Source of the DNA: an uncultured bacterium
Lineage (GTDB): Bacteria; Patescibacteriota; Minisyncoccia; Phycocordibacterales; Phycocordibacteraceae
DNA: 53,413 bases
Assembly: GCA_947085985.1 (NCBI GenBank)
Contig: CAMTYL010000003.1
Coordinates: 81,826 to 135,238 of the forward strand
Reading direction: 5' to 3'
Position numbers and translations under genes: made by a program
The notes under the pieces: model-generated
What the model saw: the letters and a program-made list of their open reading frames with translations, nothing else
Told to the model about the DNA's origin: nothing
The model's database searches: none
Shown here: positions 8,618 to 17,765 of the stretch, piece by piece
Layout of the letters: every line of letters starts with the position of its first letter
Position numbering within the stretch: position 1 is the stretch's first letter

Positions 8618-8841
8618 TGTACGTACGTGTCCACGCAAAGCCGGGAAGTAAAAAGGAGAGCGTGGTGCGCGGTAAGGAGGGGGAGTTGTTCATATCGGTA
8701 CGTGAGGAAGCAGAAAGAAATCAGGCCAACCTACGGCTTCGTGAATTGGTAGCATTGGAGTATGCGTTACCGCTACACAAGGTGCGCATACTCTCCGGGC
8801 ATCACTCACCAGTGAAACTATTTATTCTAGATACTGACTAA
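8617..8841 (+). CDS. DUF167 (YggU-like) protein
   Basis: VHAKPGSKKE...ERNQAN...ILSGHHSPVK. Confidence 0.8.
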   Translation: MYVRVHAKPGSKKESVVRGKEGELFISVREEAERNQANLRLRELVALEYALPLHKVRILSGHHSPVKLFILDTD

Positions 8842-8844
8842 TAT

Positions 8845-9204
8845 ATGCAGCTACAGTTTAAAGCAACTAACTACGAGATAACTGAGGAGGCGCGAGCATC
8901 CTTTGAAAAGAAACTTTCAGCCCTTGAGAAATTTGATAGAAACGACACGGCGCACGTGTATGTAGAACTTGGTCGCGAGACCGGAGCGCACGCCCATGGA
9001 AAGGTGTGGCGAGCAGAGATTAACTTTGATATGGAGGGTGCCCGCCTACGTGCTGACGCAACAGAGGAGTCACTGGAGGACGCGGTTGATAGTGCTATTG
9101 CAGAGTTATCGCAAGGACTCCGCACACACAAATCAAAACAGGAGACGCTCAGTAAGCGGGGAGGTCGTATGCTCAAATCAATGCTCCGTGGTTTCCGCGC
9201 ATAA
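8845..9204 (+). CDS. raiA: Ribosome hibernation factor HPF/RaiA
   Basis: KATNYEIT...VYVELG...RAEIN...EDAVDSAIAEL S30AE-type pattern. Confidence 0.85.
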   Translation: MQLQFKATNYEITEEARASFEKKLSALEKFDRNDTAHVYVELGRETGAHAHGKVWRAEINFDMEGARLRADATEESLEDAVDSAIAELSQGLRTHKSKQETLSKRGGRMLKSMLRGFRA

Positions 9205-9254
9205 TTGCGAAAGAGTATCCTACTAGGTAGGATGCGTCTGGAAGGAGAATCATC

Positions 9255-9449
9255 ATGCTAACGTTTGAAAGCTTGCTCGCAGCAAGCAGGGTCAGCGACG
9301 GCCCCCACCACCGTGCGGGCGGGCCGCTCACCAAACCCATTCCGAAAGTTCCAATTCGCAGGAGGAACCTGTTAGCAACTGCCGCACATGTCGTGGTTTC
9401 TGACGAAACAAACGAAGTCGCAGTTGTAGTGCTCGGCGCCAAAGCCTGA
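9255..9449 (+). CDS. Small hypothetical protein (orphan cassette)
   Basis: AAGGAG SD; hairpin GGCCTGCTCCAGTTGGAGCAGGCC downstream. Confidence 0.5.
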   Translation: MLTFESLLAASRVSDGPHHRAGGPLTKPIPKVPIRRRNLLATAAHVVVSDETNEVAVVVLGAKA

Positions 9450-9487
9450 CGAGAACGGCCTGCTCCAGTTGGAGCAGGCCGAGTCTG

Positions 9488-10327
9488 TTATTTCAAAAAG
9501 TCTTTGTAAGACATTTCTTTCTTTCCTTCGGGAATTACACGGTCGGGTGTAAACACGGTACCGTTAAAGCTTGCGGTCAGAATCTTCACGCGCACTCGCT
9601 TTCCGTGGCGGTCGGCAAAGAAGTAGGTGCCCGGAGACTCTGCAAGGGCACGATAGGTGTTCCAGTTCTCTCGCGCATCATCTTCTAGGTTAAGCTCGCC
9701 CTCAGATTTAAGAATCTTTCTAGAGTGCGTTGCAAGTGCGTGGTCCTGTGGGATAGGGACGGCTGTGCCGTTCTCAAATGATGGAAGGAGGGAGACTAGA
9801 AGTTCAGCACCAATGGCTACCAAGCGCGGGCGAAGTTCACGGGTCGTTTCGTTTTGCTCTATAGGTACTTCCACGCTTGCGAGAATGTCGCCTGCATCAA
9901 GTTGGTACACGAGCTGCTGAATAGCTACGCCGGTCACACTCTCGCCATTGCGTAGCGCGCTCTCCACCGGAGACGCTCCACGATACTTTGGTAGCAGGGA
10001 ATAGTGCACATTTATAAGTCCCTTCGGAAACGACTGAATAAGTGACTCTGGTAGTATCTTGCCGTACGCAACCACGATGCCGTAGTCACATCCATAGGAG
10101 GCAACCTCTGCGACTACTTCCTCGGTGATCTTTGTAGGAGTGATCACAGGAATACCGTTTGCCTGCGCTACTACTTTTGCTTCGCATGGAGTGAGTGCCA
10201 TTCCTCGTCCGCGTGGTGCGTCGGGGGAAGTTATCACTACACTTGGGCGATACCCATGTTCAAGCAAGTAGGCGAGTGTGTCGCTCGCTACATAGGGCGT
10301 TCCAAAATAAGCAAATGATTTAGTCAT
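9488..10327 (-). CDS. fmt: Methionyl-tRNA formyltransferase
   Basis: FGTP, VVAYGKIL, NVHYSLLPKYRGASP and LDAGDI motifs. Confidence 0.95.
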   Translation of the reverse strand: MTKSFAYFGTPYVASDTLAYLLEHGYRPSVVITSPDAPRGRGMALTPCEAKVVAQANGIPVITPTKITEEVVAEVASYGCDYGIVVAYGKILPESLIQSFPKGLINVHYSLLPKYRGASPVESALRNGESVTGVAIQQLVYQLDAGDILASVEVPIEQNETTRELRPRLVAIGAELLVSLLPSFENGTAVPIPQDHALATHSRKILKSEGELNLEDDARENWNTYRALAESPGTYFFADRHGKRVRVKILTASFNGTVFTPDRVIPEGKKEMSYKDFLK

Positions 10328-10874
10328 CGTGTTCTGCATTTCTGCGCGCACGGTGCTCAGCAACAGACACCAAATCAGTGGCGTGGTCTATAAAAAGCAT
10401 GCCGTTTAAGTGGTCAATCTCGTGCTGGTATGCCTGGGCCAAAATGCCGCCCCCGCCGCGCTCAAACCAAACGCCCTGTGCGTCTTGCGCCCTGACGGTA
10501 GCGCGGTTGTAGCGCATGGTCTTACCAAAGTGCGTTTGCACGGACAGACAGCCCTCGTCCACTTCAACGCGACGCTTGGACGTGCGGACGATAGACGGAT
10601 TAATAAACACGCCGACCTCGGGAGCAGGTTCTGGCTCTCCCTCCGGAGGTGGCGGGTTCATGCGGTCAAACCGTACGATAAATATGCGGTAGAGAAGACC
10701 AATCTGTGGCGCAGCAAGCGCAACGCCATTCAACTCCTTATCGAGCGCAACTTCCATGTCGTGGAGCATGCTAGAGAGTTCAGGCGTGCCAAAGAGCTCG
10801 TCTGGAACGGGCTTGGAAGTTTCTCGCAGTACAACGTCCTGCTCTGGGTTTGCGGTCTGTAGAATTGTTTTCAT
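10320..10874 (-). CDS. def: Peptide deformylase
   Basis: GVALAAPQIG, EGCLS and QHEIDHLNG motifs; start placed at MKTILQ. Confidence 0.95.
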   Translation of the reverse strand: MKTILQTANPEQDVVLRETSKPVPDELFGTPELSSMLHDMEVALDKELNGVALAAPQIGLLYRIFIVRFDRMNPPPPEGEPEPAPEVGVFINPSIVRTSKRRVEVDEGCLSVQTHFGKTMRYNRATVRAQDAQGVWFERGGGGILAQAYQHEIDHLNGMLFIDHATDLVSVAEHRARRNAEHDD

Positions 10875-10894
10875 ATCCTTGTGCGCACTATAGC

Positions 10895-11080
10895 AAAAAA
10901 ATATCGCACCGGCCCGAAGGACGATGCGAGGGGGTAGTGATGCGCCACCGACGTGCTCTGGATGACTCCCAGAGTCATGAGGTCCGGCACTGCCGGTGAC
11001 GCACCGTGCGGTGTTCCGCACCACTGTATTGCTCCAAAGGCCCATCTCGCCGTTCTGGCGGAGGCTGACACCAGTTAGGC
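10895..11080 (-). ncRNA. Unassigned structured RNA, about 185 nt
   Basis: TATAAT just upstream; several stems including a 14-bp GGTGCGTCACCGGC/GTCGGTGGCGCATC; ends in a TTCG hairpin followed by a T run. Confidence 0.6.
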
Positions 11081-11216
11081 TCAATTATACCTGGCCCCCT
11101 TTGCAGTACAGAGGAATCACTACTAGATCAGATAACCGTTGTCGAGGCGGCATCAAGGTATCCAGCAAAACTGATTCCAAGCAATATATACTACGCAATA
11201 GTAGTTCCGTCAAGTA

Positions 11217-11531
11217 TTAAAACGGCTGCTCGCTGTGCTCCTTCACGTGCTTTTTAGGATCTATTTCCCACCAGAACTTCTTACTAAAATTCTTTGCTTT
11301 GCCACAGACACTTTGTAGGTAGTAGAGGTCCTGTGTTGGAATACCTTCCAAGATTTTTCCAATGCGGCCCATGGTGAGCTTGGGCAAGTTGTCGTTGGCG
11401 CGCGAGTAATTCAAATGCTTTTGAAAGTAGCGCATCAGCTCGCCACGTTCCGTTTTGCGTGACTTCAGAAGGGTAGCGCGCGGCAGAATGTCGCCGATAC
11501 GCTTCATACCACCTGACAGTTCGTTATCCAT
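11217..11531 (-). CDS. Hypothetical protein coupled to murA
   Basis: ATG overlaps the murA end; basic 104-aa protein with DLYYLQSVC...FSKKFWW. Confidence 0.75.
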   Translation of the reverse strand: MDNELSGGMKRIGDILPRATLLKSRKTERGELMRYFQKHLNYSRANDNLPKLTMGRIGKILEGIPTQDLYYLQSVCGKAKNFSKKFWWEIDPKKHVKEHSEQPF

Positions 11532-12840
11532 TCGTAGCTTCAATTGTAGCGCCAATAGATTGCAATCGCAGTACCAAATCCTCGTACCCACGATTAATCA
11601 TATATATGTTGCGCAGCATTGATTTGCCCTCGGCGGCGAGCATGCCAATCAATAGAACGGTGGCAGGGCGAAGTGCTGCAGGGCACATAAGCTCGGCTCC
11701 GCGTAGGTGGCGGGGGCCAGTTATTTGCACACGGTGTGGATCAAAGAGGAGTACATCTGCTCCAAGCTTCTCGAGCTCAGTGTAGTAAATGGCACGGTGC
11801 TCAAACACCCAGTCGTGAATAAGGGTGGACCCTTCCGCTTGGGTTGCAATGACTGCAAAGAACGGCAAGTTATCAATATTAAGTCCGGGGTAGGGGCGCG
11901 GGTGAATTTTCTCGGGAAAGGCCACTAGGGTGGACGGCTCAATATGAATGTCTACCAGCTTGGTGATACCGTTTTTTGCAAGGCCTGCGTCCTCTAGACG
12001 AAACTGCAACCCCATCTTCTCAAGCACAAACAACTCCACCTCAAGAAACTGGATAGGAGCTCGGCGAATGGTGAGCGCGGAGTGGGTGCTCGCCGCTGTT
12101 GCTATAAAGAACATCGCATCAATCGGGTCCTCGGCAACCGCGTAGGTAATGTCCTGGTTAATGCTTGCGAGGCCAGTCACCGTCAGGGTGGTGGTACCAA
12201 TTCCTTCTATCTGTACGCCAAGCGCGCGCAAGTAACCGCACACTTCCTGCACCTGGTAATTTGCTGACGCGTAACGAAGCGTGGTGGTACCCGCCACACC
12301 ACTTGCTGCAAAGAGTGCGTTAATGGTGGCGGTGTCGCTTGATTCATAAAACACAATTTCAGCAGGGGACAGACCATCGTGCGAAATAGCGAAGCGGTCA
12401 GAGAGTGTTTCAATAGAGACCCCAAACTTTTCTAGTGCCCACAAGTGCGCGCGCACCGAACGCTCGCCCAAGGTGCAGCCACCTGATTGTGGAATATCAA
12501 AGGATTGAAGCTGGTGCAGGAGTGGACCGATGAACATGAGAATGCTGCGCGTACGCACGGCAGCAGCTTTATCAAGTGTTTCAAGTTGGAGCTGCTCGGG
12601 TGGAGTAATGGTGAGCGTCCTTCCTTCCCACTCACAGGAAATACCAATGGACCGAAGTACTTCTATGAGGCGATTCACTTCCTCAATCTTTGGCATGTCC
12701 TCTAAGGTAGTGACCCCGCGATTCAAGAGTGAACCCGCGAGAAGCGCCACCGCACCATTCTTGGAAGAATTGGTAGTGATGGTTCCACTCAAGGGTCGGC
12801 CACCTTCTACGACGAACGTACTTCGGTCACTTGTAGCCAT
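11524..12840 (-). CDS. murA: UDP-N-acetylglucosamine 1-carboxyvinyltransferase
   Basis: SSKNGAVALL, GGCTLGERS (catalytic Cys loop) and INRGYE motifs. Confidence 0.93.
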   Translation of the reverse strand: MATSDRSTFVVEGGRPLSGTITTNSSKNGAVALLAGSLLNRGVTTLEDMPKIEEVNRLIEVLRSIGISCEWEGRTLTITPPEQLQLETLDKAAAVRTRSILMFIGPLLHQLQSFDIPQSGGCTLGERSVRAHLWALEKFGVSIETLSDRFAISHDGLSPAEIVFYESSDTATINALFAASGVAGTTTLRYASANYQVQEVCGYLRALGVQIEGIGTTTLTVTGLASINQDITYAVAEDPIDAMFFIATAASTHSALTIRRAPIQFLEVELFVLEKMGLQFRLEDAGLAKNGITKLVDIHIEPSTLVAFPEKIHPRPYPGLNIDNLPFFAVIATQAEGSTLIHDWVFEHRAIYYTELEKLGADVLLFDPHRVQITGPRHLRGAELMCPAALRPATVLLIGMLAAEGKSMLRNIYMINRGYEDLVLRLQSIGATIEATNG

Positions 12841-12933
12841 GGCTCAATTCTATAGGAGGAAAGGGAACAGAGCTACCTGGGGAGATGCTTGTTTTGAGCT
12901 CTCGCTCGAAGCGGGGTATGATAGCCAGACGAT

Positions 12934-13947
12934 ATGGCAAAATTCTCTCCACGTCTTGGCATAGACCTCGGAACCACAAACGTGCTCGTGTTTCTGCCGG
13001 GGAAGGGTGTGGTTCTGAACGAGCCCTCCGTTGTTGCGGTTTCTACCGAGAACAACCGGGTGCTCGCCATTGGCGCAGAAGCAAAGGCAATGATTGGGCG
13101 CACGCCAGACTCCATCATTGCGTACCGACCGATGAAGGACGGAGTGATTGCGGACTACCGGGTGACGGAGGCCATGCTTCGCTACTTTATTCGCAAAGCA
13201 CTGGGTAAGTGGAATCTGTTTAAGCCCACGGTGCTGGTGTCGGTGCCTGCCGGAGTGACGAGCACCGAGAAGCGCGCGGTGGTTGAAGCTGCGGTGAAGG
13301 CGGGGGCAGCTGACGCGTACGTAGTAAAGGAGCCAATTCTTGCAGCCATTGGCGCAGGTATTCCTATCCACGAAGCAATGGGTCGCATGGTGGCAGACAT
13401 TGGTGGAGGCACCATTGATGTGGCGGTGATTTCACTCGGAGGCATTGTGGCGTCCACTTCTGTGAAAGTGGCAGGGAACAAGTTAGACCGTGCAATCGTG
13501 GACTATATGAAAAAGCAGTACAACCTGGCTATTGGCGACAAGACTGCTGAGGAGATAAAAATTCAGATTGGTTCTGCCGTACCAGTAACGGAGGAGCTTT
13601 CTATGAATGTGAAGGGACGTGATTTGGTGACCGGACTTCCACGCACCGTTGAACTTAAAACAAACGAAGTGGTGCAGGCCCTTAGCCGAGAGCTCCGCGA
13701 TATGATGAATGCGATTCGCAAAGTGCTCCAGGAGACGCCGCCGGAGCTTGCAAGCGACATCATTGATAACGGCATTATTTTGACCGGAGGGTCTAGTCAG
13801 TTGCGCCACCTGCCAGAGCTTGTGTTCCGACGTACGGGGGTAGAGGCAAAGCTCGCGCCCGACGCGTATTTCTGTGTTGCGCGCGGGACAGGGGTGGCGT
13901 TGAAGCATTTGGATACCTACAAGCAGAGCATCATCTCCAAGAAATAG
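12934..13947 (+). CDS. mreB: Rod shape-determining protein MreB (stand-alone paralog)
   Basis: GIDLGTTN, NEPSVVA, DIGGGT and LTGGSSQL motifs. Confidence 0.95.
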   Translation: MAKFSPRLGIDLGTTNVLVFLPGKGVVLNEPSVVAVSTENNRVLAIGAEAKAMIGRTPDSIIAYRPMKDGVIADYRVTEAMLRYFIRKALGKWNLFKPTVLVSVPAGVTSTEKRAVVEAAVKAGAADAYVVKEPILAAIGAGIPIHEAMGRMVADIGGGTIDVAVISLGGIVASTSVKVAGNKLDRAIVDYMKKQYNLAIGDKTAEEIKIQIGSAVPVTEELSMNVKGRDLVTGLPRTVELKTNEVVQALSRELRDMMNAIRKVLQETPPELASDIIDNGIILTGGSSQLRHLPELVFRRTGVEAKLAPDAYFCVARGTGVALKHLDTYKQSIISKK

Positions 13948-13950
13948 GTT

Positions 13951-14070
13951 CGCACCGTCAGAATCCGCACCTGCTTTGTTGTGAGATATCACTCACTCAT
14001 CACCGTACTGTCTAGTACGGCTCTTCGTTCGTTCCTCTCACGCCTCGCATCTGCATGATTCTGGCGGCGC
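13951..14070 (+). repeat. REP-like palindromic element, copy 1
   Basis: CTGCTTTGTTG...TCACCGTACT-GTCT-AGTACGGCTC...CGCCTCGCA; outer stem CGTCAGAATC/GATTCTGGCG. Confidence 0.8.
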
Positions 14071-14134
14071 TCAAGAAATGTTTGAAGAAGTAGAACGGGC
14101 CCCCGCGCAAAAGCGCGGGGGCCCGTGTCGTTCT

Positions 14135-14479
14135 TCAGGTGCCTTGGAGAGTCTCCCTCGGGGCGTCCTTGGTGACGGAGAGTCCGTACCCGGCCAGCTC
14201 TTCTGCCATGCAGAAGACGAACGCTTCGTCCTGATGCTGTCGATACAGCCAGTCAGACTCGTTCGGCAGGCGAGCAGTGCCCGCCGCTTTCGCCACACAC
14301 AGAGGCTTGGCCGCGAGGAATGCCCCAGTCACGGATTTCTCCGTCACGTCAGGACTTCTCTCACCAGTCACGAAAATGCCCGGCGGAGTGTACTCCTGGC
14401 TGGGTTGCTGGACGGTGTCTTCGGCGTGAGCTGCTCCTGCAGAAAGCAGGGCAGCCAGTACTAAAGGTACGATGCGCAT
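14135..14479 (-). CDS. Secreted hypothetical protein (orphan cassette)
   Basis: GGGAGG SD; signal peptide MRIVPLVLAALLSAGAAHA; GC hairpin at 14097-14125. Confidence 0.75.
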   Translation of the reverse strand: MRIVPLVLAALLSAGAAHAEDTVQQPSQEYTPPGIFVTGERSPDVTEKSVTGAFLAAKPLCVAKAAGTARLPNESDWLYRQHQDEAFVFCMAEELAGYGLSVTKDAPRETLQGT

Positions 14480-14555
14480 GTTGGTTTCCTCCCTTTGTGC
14501 GCGCGAACTGGGGCCTAGTATACAGCACCCCTGTGCGTGCACTACAATGAGCATC

Positions 14556-15239
14556 ATGGCTCATGCGCTCGTAGTAGAAGGACAGAGAGATAGTGCATTA
14601 CGTACACTGCGTGCTCACGCGGCAGAGTTGCTCGCTATAGTGGGCGAGCCGCACGCAGATTTTGTGGTATTTGAATACGGCTTGTTCTCGGTAGACGACG
14701 CGCGCGCAGTCGCTCAGTTTGCAAGCAGTGCGCCGGTAGTGGGAGACACCAAGATGGTAGTGATTATGGCGACACGCATTTTTCATGAGGCACAGAACGC
14801 GCTCCTGAAGTTATTTGAGGAACCTCCGAAAAGTGTGGTGATGGCTCTCGTTGTTCCTTCGGTAGGGCAGTTGCTTCCAACACTTCGTTCACGCGTCGTT
14901 GTCCTGAGTTCAGACAGTACCTCTACGTCTCCCGCACGGGCATTCATCGCGCTGACTCCCGAGGCTAGAGAGAAGTTCCTGGGTAAACTGCTTGATAGAA
15001 CAAAAGGAGACAAAGACGAGGATAAGCAGGCTGCGCGCGGCGAGCTGCTTGCGCTTGTTGAGGATTTGATTCGGGAGACGTATCAGGCAAAAGAGAACGC
15101 GAGTGAGAAAGATATGGACTCTCTGAACGCATTTCTGGAAGACCTATCCGCCTTTCTTCCCATACTGCATGAGCGCTCTGCGCCGCTCAAGCTGATTGTG
15201 GAGCATCTGCTCCTAGTGTTTCCACGGTCTCTCGCATAG
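14556..15239 (+). CDS. holB: DNA polymerase III delta' subunit-like (short)
   Basis: HADF, VDDAR, EAQNALLKLFEEPP and LLPTLRSR motifs. Confidence 0.85.
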   Translation: MAHALVVEGQRDSALRTLRAHAAELLAIVGEPHADFVVFEYGLFSVDDARAVAQFASSAPVVGDTKMVVIMATRIFHEAQNALLKLFEEPPKSVVMALVVPSVGQLLPTLRSRVVVLSSDSTSTSPARAFIALTPEAREKFLGKLLDRTKGDKDEDKQAARGELLALVEDLIRETYQAKENASEKDMDSLNAFLEDLSAFLPILHERSAPLKLIVEHLLLVFPRSLA

Positions 15240-15268
15240 GGCGTGTTTCTGGTAGACTATAGGTATCT

Positions 15269-15820
15269 ATGGCATACGACTTTTCTAAACTAGACGCAGC
15301 AATTAAGGAGACTGATGAGTGGCTCGCTCGCGAGTACACGGGTGTGCGTACTGGCCGTGCAACGCCTTCAATTCTTGACGTCATTAAGCCAGAGGCGTAT
15401 GGCACTCGCAGCCCCGTCTCACAGCTTGCAAACATAAGTGTTGAAGACGCTCGCTCCCTTCGCGTTATTCCCTGGGACAAGACACTGACCAAGGCAATTG
15501 AAAAAGCCATCACAGACGCCGACCTTGGTGTGGGTGTCTCTACCGACGAGATGGGACTGCGCGTGACGTTCCCTGAACTTACGGGAGAGCGCCGTGTGAT
15601 GCTTACCAAGCTCTCTCGCGAGAAGCTGGAGACGGCAAAGGTGACGCTTCGCGGACACCGCACCGATGCGCTTAAAGATTTGGACGCTGCTGAGAAAGAA
15701 GGTGGAATGGGTGCAGACGACCTGAAACGCCTAAAGGAAGAGGTGCAGAAGAAAATTGATAAGGGAGTGGAAGGGCTTGAAACGCAAGCAAAGCGCAAGG
15801 AAGTTGAAATCGCAGCATAA
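15269..15820 (+). CDS. frr: Ribosome recycling factor
   Basis: VRTGRATPSILD and FPELTGERR motifs. Confidence 0.97.
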   Translation: MAYDFSKLDAAIKETDEWLAREYTGVRTGRATPSILDVIKPEAYGTRSPVSQLANISVEDARSLRVIPWDKTLTKAIEKAITDADLGVGVSTDEMGLRVTFPELTGERRVMLTKLSREKLETAKVTLRGHRTDALKDLDAAEKEGGMGADDLKRLKEEVQKKIDKGVEGLETQAKRKEVEIAA

Positions 15821-16932
15821 TGACACTCCTCGTATTCATTCTCGTTCTAGTCGCACTCATTGTGGTGCATGAATTTGGGCACTTTGTGGTGGCCAAACTT
15901 TCTGGCATGCGCGTAGACGAATTTGGCATTGGGTATCCGCCGCGCGCGTGGGGATTTAAGCGAGGGGAGACTGAGTACACCCTGAACTGGTTGCCGTTTG
16001 GAGGGTTTGTAAAAATATTTGGGGAGGACTTGGAGGAAAAGCTTCCAGGAGCCGCGCCCACGGTAGGCGACCCACGTTCGTTTTCTAGTCGCCCGCGTAT
16101 TTTGCAGGCACTCGTATTGGTGGCCGGTATCACCATGAACCTGCTGCTCGCGTACGTGCTTATCACCGCGACACTCATGATGGGAACTCCGCGTGCGCTT
16201 GAAGAGAGCGAAATTGCCGGAGCCAAGGACGTATCGGTGGCAGTGGCGGGCGTGCTACCGGGCTCTCCAGCCGAGCTTGCAGGGCTTAAAGCAGGGGACT
16301 ACGTGAAGAGCGCTCAGGTTGGGGAGCAAGCCTGGAGCGGAACTGACACCGAAGGCTTTACCGCGCTTGTAGCTGGGGACACAACAGGAGAACCTATCGC
16401 TATTACCGTTGTTCGCGGTGAGGAGGAGAAGGTGTTAACGGCAACGCCAACGGGCGGCATCATCGCGGCTGACCCAGAGCGTAAGGCGCTTGGCGTGCAG
16501 CTTGGCGTTGTGGGTGTTGTCCCAGTCTCACTGCTTGAAGCGCCTGTTCAGGGAGCCATCTTTACCTGGGAGATAACAAAGGCGACCGCGGTTGCGCTCG
16601 TTGGATTCTTTGCGAGCGTGTTCACACTCTCTGCGGACCTCTCACAAGTATCGGGCCCTGTTGGGATTGCGGGAGCAGTGGGGCAAGCATCCTCCAACGG
16701 ACTTGCAGCACTTCTAAGTATCACTGCGCTTATTTCTATAAACTTGGCGCTCATAAACATTCTGCCCATTCCCGCGCTTGATGGAGGACGTCTTCTCTTT
16801 GTGGCTATTGAAGCACTGACGAGAAAACCTATAAAGCCGATAGTGGCAAATGCGGTGAACACGGTTGGCTTTGGGTTCCTTATCCTATTGATGGTGGTGG
16901 TGACCGCGAGTGACATTTTCAAGTTGTTTTGA
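15820..16932 (+). CDS. rseP: RIP metalloprotease RseP (M50, PDZ)
   Basis: HEFGH, LPFGGFVKI and NILPIPALDGGR motifs. Confidence 0.95.
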   Translation: MTLLVFILVLVALIVVHEFGHFVVAKLSGMRVDEFGIGYPPRAWGFKRGETEYTLNWLPFGGFVKIFGEDLEEKLPGAAPTVGDPRSFSSRPRILQALVLVAGITMNLLLAYVLITATLMMGTPRALEESEIAGAKDVSVAVAGVLPGSPAELAGLKAGDYVKSAQVGEQAWSGTDTEGFTALVAGDTTGEPIAITVVRGEEEKVLTATPTGGIIAADPERKALGVQLGVVGVVPVSLLEAPVQGAIFTWEITKATAVALVGFFASVFTLSADLSQVSGPVGIAGAVGQASSNGLAALLSITALISINLALINILPIPALDGGRLLFVAIEALTRKPIKPIVANAVNTVGFGFLILLMVVVTASDIFKLF

Positions 16933-17090
16933 ATGAGTGCCCAGAATCCCAATTCTCTACAAGGTTGAACCTTGCAGAGGCGATATTGTAATTTTCTCGT
17001 ATTTATTGCATAGTTGCGCCGGGTGGTCTTACTGTGAGGCTGCCATAACCATAGTCGATTCCCACAGAGGATAGACGATTGGAGGATACG

Positions 17091-17681
17091 ATGGCTTGTG
17101 TAAATAGTGCCGCTCTCAAAAGGCGTCGCGCGGAGCTACTGGAAATTGCTGATCATAGCGTTCTCGTGCGGTCCGAATTGCACATAGATCACTCGGGCTG
17201 TGAACGATTCCTGGGAGAGTTTCTTATTGCTCCCAAATTAAGGAGCGCTGAGCCCAGGTATCTGCTGAACGTCACGGTGAACACAGAGATGTACGGGCGG
17301 GTGAAAACTCGCGTTGGTAGTTTTCATTTTCATCCCCAACACAAGGTGAACGACGCCGCGAACGTCATAGTGGGCCTGTGGGCATCGCGCGATCTTGGGG
17401 ACGAGCGTTCCTCCAGTTTCCTGACACCCAGCGCATTCGTAAGTGTCTTGAAAAAAGGCGACGCGTTCGTCTTACTGCCGCCTGAGAGCATATTCCTACA
17501 GCTCCACTTGGCTGTTGTTACTGGCCACCTGGGCTCTTTGTTTCAGAGCTGGCGCGACGCCTGGAGGTCGCCATCCGCTGAACAGGAGAAGCTGCTAGAA
17601 GCCACCCACATACTGACCGACCGGCTTGGTGCATTTGTCTGTCAAAGCCGCAAACGCGTTCTCGCACAACTGATCCTGTGA
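17091..17681 (+). CDS. Hypothetical protein (orphan cassette)
   Basis: GGAGG SD; hairpin plus T run at about 17694-17730. Confidence 0.65.
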   Translation: MACVNSAALKRRRAELLEIADHSVLVRSELHIDHSGCERFLGEFLIAPKLRSAEPRYLLNVTVNTEMYGRVKTRVGSFHFHPQHKVNDAANVIVGLWASRDLGDERSSSFLTPSAFVSVLKKGDAFVLLPPESIFLQLHLAVVTGHLGSLFQSWRDAWRSPSAEQEKLLEATHILTDRLGAFVCQSRKRVLAQLIL

Positions 17682-17765
17682 ACAAACTGTCGAAGGTCGT
17701 CCCGGTTTCCGGGGCGGCCTTTCTCTTTTTGCCCTCTGGATAGAGGAGACGTATACTGTCCCCAT

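Noticed and set aside
10895-11080. SRP RNA, RNase P or tmRNA assignment
   Set aside because: No SRP helix-8 CAGG/GNRA/AGCA motif, no GAGGAAAGUCC and no tRNA-like ends.
10875-11084. 70-aa N-terminal extension of Def shown in the ORF track
   Set aside because: Def similarity starts at MKTILQ, which has its own -10 box; the extension runs through a structured RNA and terminator.
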